DNA of 64,000 bases from Candidatus Lustribacter sp. (GTDB lineage: Bacteria; Vulcanimicrobiota; Vulcanimicrobiia; Vulcanimicrobiales; Vulcanimicrobiaceae), in NCBI GenBank assembly GCA_965277805.1, contig OZ255842.1:1376001-1440000 (forward strand), in the 5' to 3' direction. Positions 38,243-47,778 of this stretch are shown in pieces; within the stretch, counting starts at the first letter, position 1, and every line of letters begins with the position of its first letter. Position numbers and translations under genes: made by a program. The notes beneath the pieces are model-generated. The model had not been told where the DNA came from and ran no database searches. It saw nothing but the letters and a program-made list of their open reading frames with translations.

Positions 38243-39027
38243 CGTCGCTACGGCCGATCGCGCTGCCGGCGTTCCGCTCGAAGAATCGCGCGACGCTGCT
38301 GGGCATTCTCGGCGTCGTCCTGTTCGTCGGCTTATGGGAGCTTGCGGCGCAGGTCGGCTGGCTCAATCCGGTCATCCTGAGCAGTCCGAGCCGCATCGCC
38401 GTGGCGTTTGCCGCGCAGTGGCAATCCGGGCAGTTCATCGCCGATCTGGGCGTGAGCCTCTCCGAACTCGTGATCGGCTTCGCGCTCTCGGCGGTGGTCG
38501 GCGTCGGCGTGGGCATCGCGATGGGCCTCAACCGCACGACCGAGTACGCGTTCGATCCGTTCGTCTGGTTTCTCTACTCGACGCCGCTGGTCGCGCTCTA
38601 TCCGCTGATCGTCGTGTGGCTCGGCTTCGGGTTCTGGACCGTCATTGCCATCACGTTTATGCTGACGGTCATTCCGATCGCGGTCAACACGCTCTCCGGC
38701 GTGCGCTCGGTCGATCCGTCACTCGTCGCCGCGGTGCGGGTGTTCGGCGGCACGCGAACCGATGTGGTTTTAAAGGCGGTGCTGCCGGCATCGTTGCCGC
38801 ACGTGATGGCGGGCTTCCGGATCGGGCTCAGCCGCGCGCTGATCGGCGTCGTCCTCGGTGAGATGTTCAGCTCCAACGCCGGCCTCGGTTTCCGGATGAC
38901 GGTCTACGCCGCCCACTTGAAAACGGCCGACGTGTTCGTGCCGCTGGTTGCTTTCGTCGCGATCGGGCTCGTGACGACCCAGTTGGCGCTGTTGCTCGAA
39001 GGGCGGCTGCAGAGTTGGAAGAGCTGA
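38221..39027 (+). CDS. NitT/TauT-family ABC permease
   Basis: Probable GTG 38221; PLVALYPL..WLG, GVRSVD, VLPASLP..MAGFR. Confidence 0.9.
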   Translation: MAVGSGVASLRPIALPAFRSKNRATLLGILGVVLFVGLWELAAQVGWLNPVILSSPSRIAVAFAAQWQSGQFIADLGVSLSELVIGFALSAVVGVGVGIAMGLNRTTEYAFDPFVWFLYSTPLVALYPLIVVWLGFGFWTVIAITFMLTVIPIAVNTLSGVRSVDPSLVAAVRVFGGTRTDVVLKAVLPASLPHVMAGFRIGLSRALIGVVLGEMFSSNAGLGFRMTVYAAHLKTADVFVPLVAFVAIGLVTTQLALLLEGRLQSWKS

Positions 39028-39052
39028 TACCGGGCCTGCCGAACCTATCCAC

Positions 39053-40375
39053 GTGTTAACTCAGCAAGCTGAACCGCTCAGCGCTCCCGGTAGTTGGGCC
39101 AGCCAATACATCCGGGGCGACCAGGTCAATTCGGAGATCTACACGAGCCCCGAAATCTTCGAGCGCGAAGTTCAGAAGATCTTTCACGCCACATGGAATT
39201 ACGTCGCGCATGAAAGCGAGATTCCCAATCACGGCGACTTCGTCACCCGCGTGATCGGCCGCCAGCCGGTGGTCGTCGTCCGCGGCGACGACGGCGTTGC
39301 CCGCGTCGTGATGAACCGCTGCCGCCACCGCGGCGCCCTCATTTGCGAAGTGCAGCGCGGCAGCCAATCGCACTTCCGGTGCTTCTATCACGGCTGGACG
39401 TACGACAACACCGGCAAACTGATCCACATTCCGAAAGACGACGGCTATCCGCCGGACTTCGATCTTGCCGCGTATAGCTTGACGCCGGCGCCGCGCGTCG
39501 ACACCTATCGCGGGTTTATCTTCGCCAGCGTCAACCCGTCCGTCGGCTCGTTGAAAGAATTCCTGGGGCTCTCGGCCGCCAAGATCGACCTGATGATCGA
39601 TGCGTCGCCCACCGGCGAGCTCTTTCTCGACGCCGGCATTCACAAGACGACGTATCGCGGCAATTGGAAATTCGTCGGCATGGACGGCTATCATCCGCCG
39701 GTGGTCCATCAGTCCGCCTTCGAGATCTTCCGGCGCAAGGCTGTCGCCGAACACGGCGGTGAAGACTCCGCCGCAGCGCAAGCCCCGCGCAAGACGATGA
39801 ACGAGTCGCCGCTCGCGGTTTCGCGCGATCTCGGCGGCGGGCACGTGATGCTTGACGTCGTGCCGCACCGCATCTCCGAGAAAGACCATCACCTCGCGTC
39901 GATGCGCCGCCAGCAAGACGGCGAAGCCTACATCGCTGCGATGACGGCGGCGTACGGCGCCGAGCGCGGCAGCGAGCTGATCGCCATCGGCGGCGACCCG
40001 CACCTCGGCATCTTTCCGAACCTGCAACTGATCAACCAGCACGTTCGCGTCACCGTGCCGATCGCCGCCGACCGCACCGATGTCTTCCTTTATCCGGTGC
40101 GCTTGGGCGGCGTCAGCGATGCCATGAACGAGAAACGTCTGCGCAAGCACGAAGAGTTCTACGGCGCCGCCGGTATGGGCCAACCCGACGACACCGAGAT
40201 CTTCGAACGCAACACCGACGGGCTGCAAGCGACCGTGAACCCGTGGATCGAACTCTCGCGCGGGCGCAACCGGGAATACGTCGATACCGACGGCTCGATC
40301 GTCGGCAAGATCAGCGACGAGGTCACGCAGCGCGGGCAGATGCGCGAATGGGCGCGCCTGATGAGCGCATCGTGA
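39053..40375 (+). CDS. Aromatic ring-hydroxylating dioxygenase alpha subunit
   Basis: HESEIP..GDF, NRCRHRG...CFYHGW, GNWK, DGYH....H, PDDTE. Confidence 0.95.
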   Translation: MLTQQAEPLSAPGSWASQYIRGDQVNSEIYTSPEIFEREVQKIFHATWNYVAHESEIPNHGDFVTRVIGRQPVVVVRGDDGVARVVMNRCRHRGALICEVQRGSQSHFRCFYHGWTYDNTGKLIHIPKDDGYPPDFDLAAYSLTPAPRVDTYRGFIFASVNPSVGSLKEFLGLSAAKIDLMIDASPTGELFLDAGIHKTTYRGNWKFVGMDGYHPPVVHQSAFEIFRRKAVAEHGGEDSAAAQAPRKTMNESPLAVSRDLGGGHVMLDVVPHRISEKDHHLASMRRQQDGEAYIAAMTAAYGAERGSELIAIGGDPHLGIFPNLQLINQHVRVTVPIAADRTDVFLYPVRLGGVSDAMNEKRLRKHEEFYGAAGMGQPDDTEIFERNTDGLQATVNPWIELSRGRNREYVDTDGSIVGKISDEVTQRGQMREWARLMSAS

Positions 40376-40854
40376 CCGTCATCGACGTCGACTTGCAGCG
40401 GGCGGTCGAGCAGTTCTTGTATCGCGAGGCGCGCGTCATCGACGCCAACGATTACAAGACCTGGATGACGATGTGGGCCGATGAGTGCATATACTGGGTG
40501 CCTAGCAACGACGACGATTCCGACCCGCAGAAGAAGGTCGCGCTGATCTACGACGATCACAAACAGATCGAGGATCGCGTGTGGCGTCTTTCCGGCATGC
40601 ACGCTCACGCGCAACGGCCCAAGTCGCGCCTTTCGCGCGTCATCTCGAACATCGAAATCGAGCAAAAGGGCGATGAGATCGTGGTCAACTCGGCCTTCGT
40701 GCTGTGCGAAGTTCGCAAGAACGAAACGCGGTTCTGGGCCGGACGCAATCTGCACGTGCTCGAGCAGACGGACGACAGCTTCGTGATGAAGTTGAAGAAG
40801 GTCATGCTCGCCAACAACGACACTGTCGTTTCGAACCTGACGTTCATCATCTAG
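40372..40854 (+). CDS. Aromatic ring-hydroxylating dioxygenase beta subunit
   Basis: GTGA overlap; EQFLYREAR.ID, YWVP, EDRV.RL, R.ISNI, KKVML.N. Confidence 0.92.
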   Translation: MTVIDVDLQRAVEQFLYREARVIDANDYKTWMTMWADECIYWVPSNDDDSDPQKKVALIYDDHKQIEDRVWRLSGMHAHAQRPKSRLSRVISNIEIEQKGDEIVVNSAFVLCEVRKNETRFWAGRNLHVLEQTDDSFVMKLKKVMLANNDTVVSNLTFII

Positions 40855-42030
40855 ATGCTACGTCAGGCTCTCGCCGCCGCGCTGCTCGCGTGTTTGACCG
40901 GGTGGTCCCTTCCGGCCGCAGCGCAGCCGGCGCCGGTCAAGATCGACGTCATCGCATCGCAGAGCGGCAGCTTCGCCTTCGTCGGTTCGCGCGTCATCGA
41001 CACGTTGAACGTCTTGCAGAAGGTCGTCAACGACGGCGGCGGCATCAACGGCAAGCCGGTGCAGTTCGTCTACTCGGACGATCAGTCGAATGCGGTGGTG
41101 GCGGTACAACTCGCCAACGCCGCGATCGCGCGCGGCGATCAGGTGCTGCTCGGACCGGTGTCGGCCGCCGCGTGCGCCGCCGTGATTCCGCTGACCGCGG
41201 CGAGCGGTCCGGTGAACTATTGCTTCTCGCCGGTGACGGTCGGGCCGCCGGGCGGTTACGTTTTTACCTCGGGTGCCGGAACCGCTTCGAACAACGTCGT
41301 GATGGTCCGGTTCTTTCGGAACAAGGGCTGGAAGCGGGTCGCGATCTTGGCTGCGACCGACGCGAGCTGCCGGGACGGGGAGCATTTCATCGACGATGCG
41401 CTGCGCATGCCCGAGAACCGCGAGATGCTGGTCGTCGCGCGCGAGCACTTCGCGCCGGCTGATTTGAGCGTTGCCGCGCAGGTCGCGCATCTCAAGGCCG
41501 CCGGGCCGCAGGCGATTTTGACGTGCGCGAGCGGCACGATCTTCGGGACCGTGCTGCACGGGCTCCACGACGCGGGCCTCGATCTTCCTACCGCGGCTTC
41601 GTCGGCCAACATGGTGTACGCGCAGTTGGCGGACTACGCATCGATCGTTCCGCGCGAACTCTATTTCGCCGCAACGCGCGGCATCGTACCCGACACGACG
41701 CTCGGAAAAGGCCCGGTCAAAGACGCGCAGGACCGCTATTTTGCCGCATTCCGCGCGGCTAAGGTGCGGCCGGAGTTTCAGGCGACGTTGGCTTGGGATC
41801 AAGGCATGATCGTGATCGCGGCGCTGCGCCATGCCGGCGGGCAGCCGACGGCGGCCAAGATCCATAGCTACATCGAAGACATTCACGACTACCCCGGCAT
41901 CTCGGGGATCTATTACTTCCGCGACAACAGCCAGCGCGGAATCGGGGAGAACGCGTTGCAAGTCTATCGTTGGGACGGACCAAAGGCGACCTTCGCGGTC
42001 GTAAGCCGTCCGGCGGGCCGGTTGAAGTGA
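40855..42030 (+). CDS. LivJ-like ABC solute-binding protein
   Basis: Signal peptide; VNDGGGINGKPV, DDQSN. Confidence 0.9.
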   Translation: MLRQALAAALLACLTGWSLPAAAQPAPVKIDVIASQSGSFAFVGSRVIDTLNVLQKVVNDGGGINGKPVQFVYSDDQSNAVVAVQLANAAIARGDQVLLGPVSAAACAAVIPLTAASGPVNYCFSPVTVGPPGGYVFTSGAGTASNNVVMVRFFRNKGWKRVAILAATDASCRDGEHFIDDALRMPENREMLVVAREHFAPADLSVAAQVAHLKAAGPQAILTCASGTIFGTVLHGLHDAGLDLPTAASSANMVYAQLADYASIVPRELYFAATRGIVPDTTLGKGPVKDAQDRYFAAFRAAKVRPEFQATLAWDQGMIVIAALRHAGGQPTAAKIHSYIEDIHDYPGISGIYYFRDNSQRGIGENALQVYRWDGPKATFAVVSRPAGRLK

Positions 42031-43439
42031 TGCGGACGACGACCGATATCGCGAGCGCCAAACAGCGGGCTTCAACGGCGCTGGAAATTGCCAAGGGCCT
42101 TGCGCTCAGTAACGACCGCCGTTTTTGGCAAGTCAAACTGGAGATTGCCGGCGCGGCCGGCGACGGCAAGGCGCTGGCGCTCTTCGCGAGCGACAATCCG
42201 GAGGGGATCGACGACGTCGTCGAGGGCCGCGCTGCGATGGCGCTCATCAACCCCTCGGTCGTGCTGACGCTGGCCTATCGCGGCACGGGTCCGTTCCGCA
42301 CACCGCAACCCGTTCGCGCGATCGCGGTCAACCCGTCCTATGATCTCTTTGCGTTCGTCGTGACGGCGGACACCGGCTTGACGAGCCTCGAAGACGCACG
42401 CGACAAGCGCTTTCCTCTGCGCATTTCGCTGCGCGGTCAGCGCAGCCACTCGATCCACTCCGTGCTCGACTGCGTCTTGGCTGCGGCCGGGTTTTCGGTG
42501 AAAGAACTCGAGAGCTGGGGCGGTTCGATCCATTACGAAACGGGTTTTGATTCGCCCACGAAATCGGGCTTCGATTCGCCGGCGCGATTGGAGATGGCCA
42601 AGGACGCCACGATCAATGCGATCTTCGATGAGGCCATCTGCCGCTGGCTCGACCCGGCGCTCGAGATGGGCATGAAAGCGCTGCCCCTCGGTTCGGCGAC
42701 CGTGCGCAACCTGGAAAAGATCGGCTTTCGCCGCAGCGTCCTCGATAAGGCGACGTATCCGCTGCTGGCCGGCGATGTCGAAACGATCGACTTCAGCGGC
42801 TTCGCGATCTTCGTTCGAGCCGATGCACCGGACGTGCTGGTGACCAGCATCTGCGCCGGCCTGGATCTGCGCCGCGCCGGCATTCCGTGGGAAGGCGCGG
42901 GCCCGCTCCCGATCGCGGACATGTGCCGCGATACGCCCGACGGCCCGCTCGACGTGCCGCTGCATCGGGCGGCGGAGCGCTACTGGCACGAGCACGGCTA
43001 CACGACCGAACCCCTGGATGCGAAGGGTCAAATTCATCCGCGCCGGGAGCCACCCGAACGTCCGCCCCGCATTCGCTCGATGTTGACGCTCGAGATCGCA
43101 TCGGAAATCCTAGCGCGCGCCGAGAGCGTTGCGACCGATGCGTTCTCGACGCGCATCCAGTTGCGGCAGCAAACGCAAGACTTCGACGTGTGGTTTGCGA
43201 CGATTCTGGCGGGCGAACCGCAGGCGTCGCTCGCCGCCGTCGCGGAAGGACGCGCCGATCTTGCAATCGTCGCCAAACCGTTTGCATCGGCGCTGCCCGT
43301 CCGCAGCATTGCGACGCTGGGCGATTGCGAACTGGTTTGCCGCTCGGAAACACCGGCCGACATCGTCGCGGCGTTCCGCGCGGCGGCGGAGGCCCGGAAA
43401 GCGCAACTCGACGTTCTTTGGAGAAACACGACGGCATGA
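42027..43439 (+). CDS. TAXI-like type II binding-fold protein without signal peptide, with an extra C-terminal lobe
   Basis: AYRGTGPF...VRAIA, GLTSLED, VPLH.AAERYW...GY; N-terminus is not hydrophobic; internal repeat. Confidence 0.7.
   Translation: MMRTTTDIASAKQRASTALEIAKGLALSNDRRFWQVKLEIAGAAGDGKALALFASDNPEGIDDVVEGRAAMALINPSVVLTLAYRGTGPFRTPQPVRAIAVNPSYDLFAFVVTADTGLTSLEDARDKRFPLRISLRGQRSHSIHSVLDCVLAAAGFSVKELESWGGSIHYETGFDSPTKSGFDSPARLEMAKDATINAIFDEAICRWLDPALEMGMKALPLGSATVRNLEKIGFRRSVLDKATYPLLAGDVETIDFSGFAIFVRADAPDVLVTSICAGLDLRRAGIPWEGAGPLPIADMCRDTPDGPLDVPLHRAAERYWHEHGYTTEPLDAKGQIHPRREPPERPPRIRSMLTLEIASEILARAESVATDAFSTRIQLRQQTQDFDVWFATILAGEPQASLAAVAEGRADLAIVAKPFASALPVRSIATLGDCELVCRSETPADIVAAFRAAAEARKAQLDVLWRNTTA
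42535..42581 (+). repeat. Imperfect 23/24-bp tandem duplication inside the CDS
   Basis: ACGAAA-CGGGTTTTGATTCGCCC / ACGAAATCGGGCTTCGATTCGCCG; protein TGFDSPTK-SGFDSPAR. Confidence 0.75.
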
Positions 43440-44419
43440 GCACAGGAAACCTCGATCGCGGCAACTTCATCAAGCTCGGCGCGCTGGCGTCGCTGGGTGG
43501 GGTCGTCTCGGCATCGGGAGCGGCTGCGGCGCAAGATCTCAAGACGGTCAACGTGCTGGCGGTGCCGACCGACGGCGCTAAATCGCTTTTGTACGCACAG
43601 AAAGCCGGCATCTTCCGCAAACACGGAATCAACGCCAGCGTCGTCTCGATGGGCAGCGGCGCATCGATCTTTGCGGCCCTGGTGGGTGGGGCCGCCGACA
43701 TCGGGTCGGGCAGTTTGTTTCCGGTCTTTGCCGCGTACGCGCGCAATTTGCCGTTGCGGATCATCGCACCGGCGTCGTTATACACGAGCGGCAACGCCGA
43801 CGCGCTGCTGCTGGTGCAAAAGGATTCGCCGATCCGCTCGGGCCGCGACCTCAATGGCAAGACGATCGGAGTCGATGCGATCAAGGATCTGTATTCCGTC
43901 GCGACGCGCGCCTGGGTCGATCAGCACGGCGGTGACGGCAGTTCGATCAAGCCGGTCGAGCTGAAGCCGTCGGAGCAAGCCGGTGCGCTGGAGTCCGGAC
44001 GCATCGACGCGGCGGTGTTCAAGACGCCGTTCGTTACGATTGCGATGGATTCGGGAAAATTTCGTCTGTTGGGCAAGCCGCTCGACGCGATCGGCTCGCG
44101 CTTCCTCGTCTCGGGCTGGGTGGCATCGGTCGATTTCATCAACAAGAACCCGGCGGTCGTGAACGGCTTCGCGCAAGCGATGGCGGAAGCGGCGAAGTAT
44201 ACGAACGCGCATCAATCCGAAACGACCGACCTCGTCGCCGCATTCACCGGGCAAGACGCGGCCCAAATCGGTCACGGCGTGCGCTCGCTGACGGCCGAGT
44301 CGATCACGCTCGCCGACCTTCAACGGCCGATGGACTTCGCGGTGAAGTACGGCATCATGGACAAGAGCTTCGACGTGGAGGGACTGCTGGCGCCGAGCGT
44401 CCCGCTCGGCAAGCGCTAG
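43436..44419 (+). CDS. SsuA/TauA-like ABC solute-binding protein (subfamily A)
   Basis: ATGA overlap; LDRGNFIK signal; LYAQKAGIF, DLNGKTI. Confidence 0.9.
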   Translation: MSTGNLDRGNFIKLGALASLGGVVSASGAAAAQDLKTVNVLAVPTDGAKSLLYAQKAGIFRKHGINASVVSMGSGASIFAALVGGAADIGSGSLFPVFAAYARNLPLRIIAPASLYTSGNADALLLVQKDSPIRSGRDLNGKTIGVDAIKDLYSVATRAWVDQHGGDGSSIKPVELKPSEQAGALESGRIDAAVFKTPFVTIAMDSGKFRLLGKPLDAIGSRFLVSGWVASVDFINKNPAVVNGFAQAMAEAAKYTNAHQSETTDLVAAFTGQDAAQIGHGVRSLTAESITLADLQRPMDFAVKYGIMDKSFDVEGLLAPSVPLGKR

Positions 44420-44428
44420 GAGCGCGTT

Positions 44429-45238
44429 ATGGCCGCCAAGCTGAACCACATCGCGATCATCAGCGAGAACTATGCGGTCTCGGCGCTGTTCTATGAGTCG
44501 CTGTTCGGGTTGCGCACGGCGGCCGGGGCACCGGTGCAGCGCGCGGTCACGGTCGGTGACGGTTATGTCGGTCTCAACATCAATCCGCGCAAAGCGGGCC
44601 GGCCCGCGCGGCTGGACCACTTCGGCATCGAGGTCGACGACATCGAGACCGTGCTCGACCGGATGCGCGCGGCGTATCCCGAAGTCGAATGGCTCAAGCG
44701 GCCGCCGACGCGGCCGTTCGCCGCAACGACCACCCACGACCCGGCCGGCAACGTGTTCGACCTCTCACAGCGCCGCGGCGGCGCGCAAAAGTATCTCTAT
44801 GCGGAAGACAATCCGCTCACGAAGCGCCACATCACGCATCTCGGCTTGCGCACGCTCCACGCCGAGGCGACGGCGAACTTTTACGTGCAGATGTTCGACT
44901 TCTCGCTCGAACAGCGGCCGGACGATCCCAACTTCTACGTTTCCGACGGTCACGTGACGATCGTGCTCATGCCGTGGCACATCGGCGATTACGACGGCAC
45001 GGGCATCGTCTCGCCCGCACCCGATCACATCGGCTTTACCGTCGAGAACCTGGACACGTTCCGCAGCGATCTTGGCCGGATCGTCGGCGACAATCCGCGG
45101 CTGGCGCCGATTCCGTTCGGGCAAGGAAGCGAAGGCCGTGCGCGCCTCGATCTGGCGCAGCGCAGCTGTCCACTCTGCACCGAACACCTCACCGACGTCG
45201 ACGGGATCATCCTCTCTGTCGCAACGGCGGTTGCATGA
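44429..45238 (+). CDS. Two-domain VOC (glyoxalase/extradiol dioxygenase) family protein
   Basis: LNHIAI...FY..LFG, LDHFGIEV, DPAGNVFDL; second module ITHLGL, DHIGFTVE, DVDG. Confidence 0.85.
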   Translation: MAAKLNHIAIISENYAVSALFYESLFGLRTAAGAPVQRAVTVGDGYVGLNINPRKAGRPARLDHFGIEVDDIETVLDRMRAAYPEVEWLKRPPTRPFAATTTHDPAGNVFDLSQRRGGAQKYLYAEDNPLTKRHITHLGLRTLHAEATANFYVQMFDFSLEQRPDDPNFYVSDGHVTIVLMPWHIGDYDGTGIVSPAPDHIGFTVENLDTFRSDLGRIVGDNPRLAPIPFGQGSEGRARLDLAQRSCPLCTEHLTDVDGIILSVATAVA

Positions 45239-46179
45239 TCGTGCGATGGCTCGGCTGTTCGCTGTTATCGCTCGTGCTGCTGACGGCCGGCGCAGCGCCC
45301 GGCACCGCGCAATCGCCGCTCGTGCTCCGTGTCGGACTCGTTGCCAACGACGATGCGGCGACACCGCTGCTCTATGCGCAAAGCGCGGGCCTGTTCGCAA
45401 AGGCCGGGCTCGACGTGCAGTTGCAGCTCCAGTCGAGCGGCGCCGCGGTGACGGCTGCGGTCATGGCGGGAACGTTCGACGTCGGCAAATCGAGCATCGT
45501 GCCGTTGATCAACGCGCATGCGCACGATCTGCCCGTTACGATCGTCGCGCCGGCCTCGGTTTGGAACGGTAAGGATAAGTTTGCGGCGCTGCTCGTTCGC
45601 GCCGATTCGCCGGTCAAGACGGGAAAAGATCTCGAAGGCAAGCTGATCGGCGTGCAATCGCTCAACGACATGAACCAGGTCGCGACCGACGCGTGGGTGA
45701 GCGCGCACGGCGGCGATCCCGCCACGCTGAAGTTCGTCGAGCTGCCGATGACCGCCGGCGTTGCGGCGCTGAAGAGCCGCCGGATCGATGCGGCCGCGTT
45801 CGTGGCGCCCGTCGTCGACGACGCGCTGGCCGACGGTCAGCTGCGGGCGCTGCCCGGCGCGTACGATGCGATCGCTCCGCAGTACTTGTTTGCTGCGTGG
45901 TTTTCTACCAAGGCGTGGGTGCACGAGCATCCCGACGCGGCGCGGCAGTTCGCGCGCATCCTGGCGGAAGCCGCGCAGTATACGAACACGCACCACGCGC
46001 AGACCGCGGCGATGGTGTCGCAGTTCACGTCGATCCCGCTCGATGTGATCGAGCACATGACGCGAACGCCGTCGGGAACGACGCTGAACGCATCGCTGCT
46101 TCAGCCCATCATCGATTCGGCGGTGAAATACAAGGTGCTCAGCCGCGGCTTTCCCGCGAGCGAGATGATCGGGGGCTAG
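45235..46179 (+). CDS. SsuA/TauA-like ABC solute-binding protein (subfamily A)
   Basis: ATGA overlap; signal peptide; LYAQSAGLFAKAGLDV, QPIIDSAVKY. Confidence 0.9.
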   Translation: MIVRWLGCSLLSLVLLTAGAAPGTAQSPLVLRVGLVANDDAATPLLYAQSAGLFAKAGLDVQLQLQSSGAAVTAAVMAGTFDVGKSSIVPLINAHAHDLPVTIVAPASVWNGKDKFAALLVRADSPVKTGKDLEGKLIGVQSLNDMNQVATDAWVSAHGGDPATLKFVELPMTAGVAALKSRRIDAAAFVAPVVDDALADGQLRALPGAYDAIAPQYLFAAWFSTKAWVHEHPDAARQFARILAEAAQYTNTHHAQTAAMVSQFTSIPLDVIEHMTRTPSGTTLNASLLQPIIDSAVKYKVLSRGFPASEMIGG

Positions 46180-46721
46180 GCGTCCGGTACCGGCCGGCGC
46201 GAGCCCTGAATCGCCGGCCGCTTCCAGGTGTCGTAGCGGATCGCATCGATGTCGACGGCCGTTCCGTGGCCGGCCGCCGGGCCGCGCGGGAACGTGGCGG
46301 CATCGGGAAATCCCTCCGGGCAATAGAGTTCGAACACGTTGCCCGACGGATCGCGAAAGAACATCAGCGCTTCGACGCCGTAGCGCGTCCAGTAATTCGA
46401 CGACGGGACCCCGCACTGCGCGAGCCACGCTTTCATGCGCGCGAGTTCGTCCGGTCCGACTTTGAAACCGATGTGCGGATACTCCGTGCTTGGCTCCATG
46501 AACGTGGTGCCTTGCGCACCGAATCCGATTAGCGTGCCGCCGAGTCGCACTTCGGCGAAGATCGGCGTCTTGACGCGCAGCTCGCCGCCCAGCACGTCGA
46601 TGAAGAAGCAGAGTGCCTCGTCGAGATCGCGGCACGGGACGCTCACGTGATCGCAGGTCCGCAGCGGAACCGGCCCGAGCGGTGCGGCATCCGGCGAGCG
46701 TTGATCGAGTGCTGAGTTCAC
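46176..46721 (-). CDS. VOC family protein (single domain)
   Basis: GGAGG then GTG 46721; DHVSVPCRDL, YPHIGF, FFRDPSGNVFEL. Confidence 0.88.
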   Translation of the reverse strand: MNSALDQRSPDAAPLGPVPLRTCDHVSVPCRDLDEALCFFIDVLGGELRVKTPIFAEVRLGGTLIGFGAQGTTFMEPSTEYPHIGFKVGPDELARMKAWLAQCGVPSSNYWTRYGVEALMFFRDPSGNVFELYCPEGFPDAATFPRGPAAGHGTAVDIDAIRYDTWKRPAIQGSRRPVPDA

Positions 46722-46751
46722 GGCATTTCCTCCGGCAGGCTGTCTCATCGA

Positions 46752-46816
46752 TTGGCGTCCGCCGCGGAACACCCCTGGATTCGCCGAGGACAGGGGTTGG
46801 CGGCGCGCCGGAGCAA
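46752..46816. promoter_or_regulatory. Back-to-back putative promoters of the recurring class
   Basis: Minus: AGGGG-N16-CCAA (46776..46752); plus: AGGGG-N16-GCAA (46792..46816), 11 nt before ATG 46828. Confidence 0.55.
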
Positions 46817-46827
46817 GTCCGCCGATC

Positions 46828-47778
46828 ATGATGATGACTCGCGCTCAGGCCTCGATCGCGCTCCTCGGCGCCGCATCACTGCTCGCGTTCCCGGCTCGCG
46901 CCCGCGCGCAAACGCTCGTTCCGATCCGTATCGCAACGCTGCCGATCGAATCGGCCGCCGAGGTCTTCTACGCCAAGGACATGGGGTTCTTCGCGAAAGC
47001 CGGACTCGACGCCGACATCCAGACGATGCAAGCCAGCGCAGCCATGGTGGCTGCGGCGGCATCGAACTCGATCGACATCGGCTACAGTCCGGTCGACTCG
47101 CTTGCCACGATCCATCAAAAGAATGTTCCCGTTGTGATGATTGCGCCGGCGAACGAATACGTCTCTCCATCGCGCAATGCAGGCCTCGTGTTGGCAGTGA
47201 ATTCAACGGTGAAGCAAGCCAAAGACCTCAACGGAAAGATCATCGCGGTCTCTAACCTGCACAGTATTTCGGAGACGACGGCGCGCGCTTGGATGGACAA
47301 GAACGGCGGCGATTCCTCGACGGCCAAGTTTGTCGAAATCCCGTTTCCGGCGATGCTTCCGGCTCTGCAAACCGGACACGTTGACGCCGCCTGGGATGCG
47401 GAGCCGTTCCTTACCGCTGCGACGAAGGACAGCCGTGCGATCGAATACGGTTTCGACGCGATCGCAAAGCGGTTTTTGATCGGCGGGTGGTTCACGACGC
47501 CCCAATGGGCGAACGAGCATCGGGATACGGTCGCGCGTTTTGCGGCAGCCATGCACGAAACCGCGACCTGGGCGAATAAGAACGCCGCGCAGAGCGCACC
47601 GATCGTCGCAAAATACACGAAGATGGATCCGGCCATCCTCGCGACGATGACGCGTTCCGTTTACGGTGAGTCACTCACCGCGGCCTCGATGCAGCCGTTG
47701 ATCGATATCTCGGCCAAGTACAACGGGTACGCGACCTTTCCGGCGCAAGAACTGATTTACACCGTGCCCAAAGCATGA
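46828..47778 (+). CDS. SsuA/TauA-like ABC solute-binding protein (subfamily A)
   Basis: MTRAQAS...ARA signal; EVFYAKDMGFFAKAGLD; close paralog of 56750-57706. Confidence 0.9.
   Translation: MMMTRAQASIALLGAASLLAFPARARAQTLVPIRIATLPIESAAEVFYAKDMGFFAKAGLDADIQTMQASAAMVAAAASNSIDIGYSPVDSLATIHQKNVPVVMIAPANEYVSPSRNAGLVLAVNSTVKQAKDLNGKIIAVSNLHSISETTARAWMDKNGGDSSTAKFVEIPFPAMLPALQTGHVDAAWDAEPFLTAATKDSRAIEYGFDAIAKRFLIGGWFTTPQWANEHRDTVARFAAAMHETATWANKNAAQSAPIVAKYTKMDPAILATMTRSVYGESLTAASMQPLIDISAKYNGYATFPAQELIYTVPKA

Noticed and set aside
11199-39052. Further partial matches to the promoter motif (before 11237, 28928, 29136, 33384, 39053)
   Set aside because: Spacer length or one of the two boxes does not fit, so they were not counted
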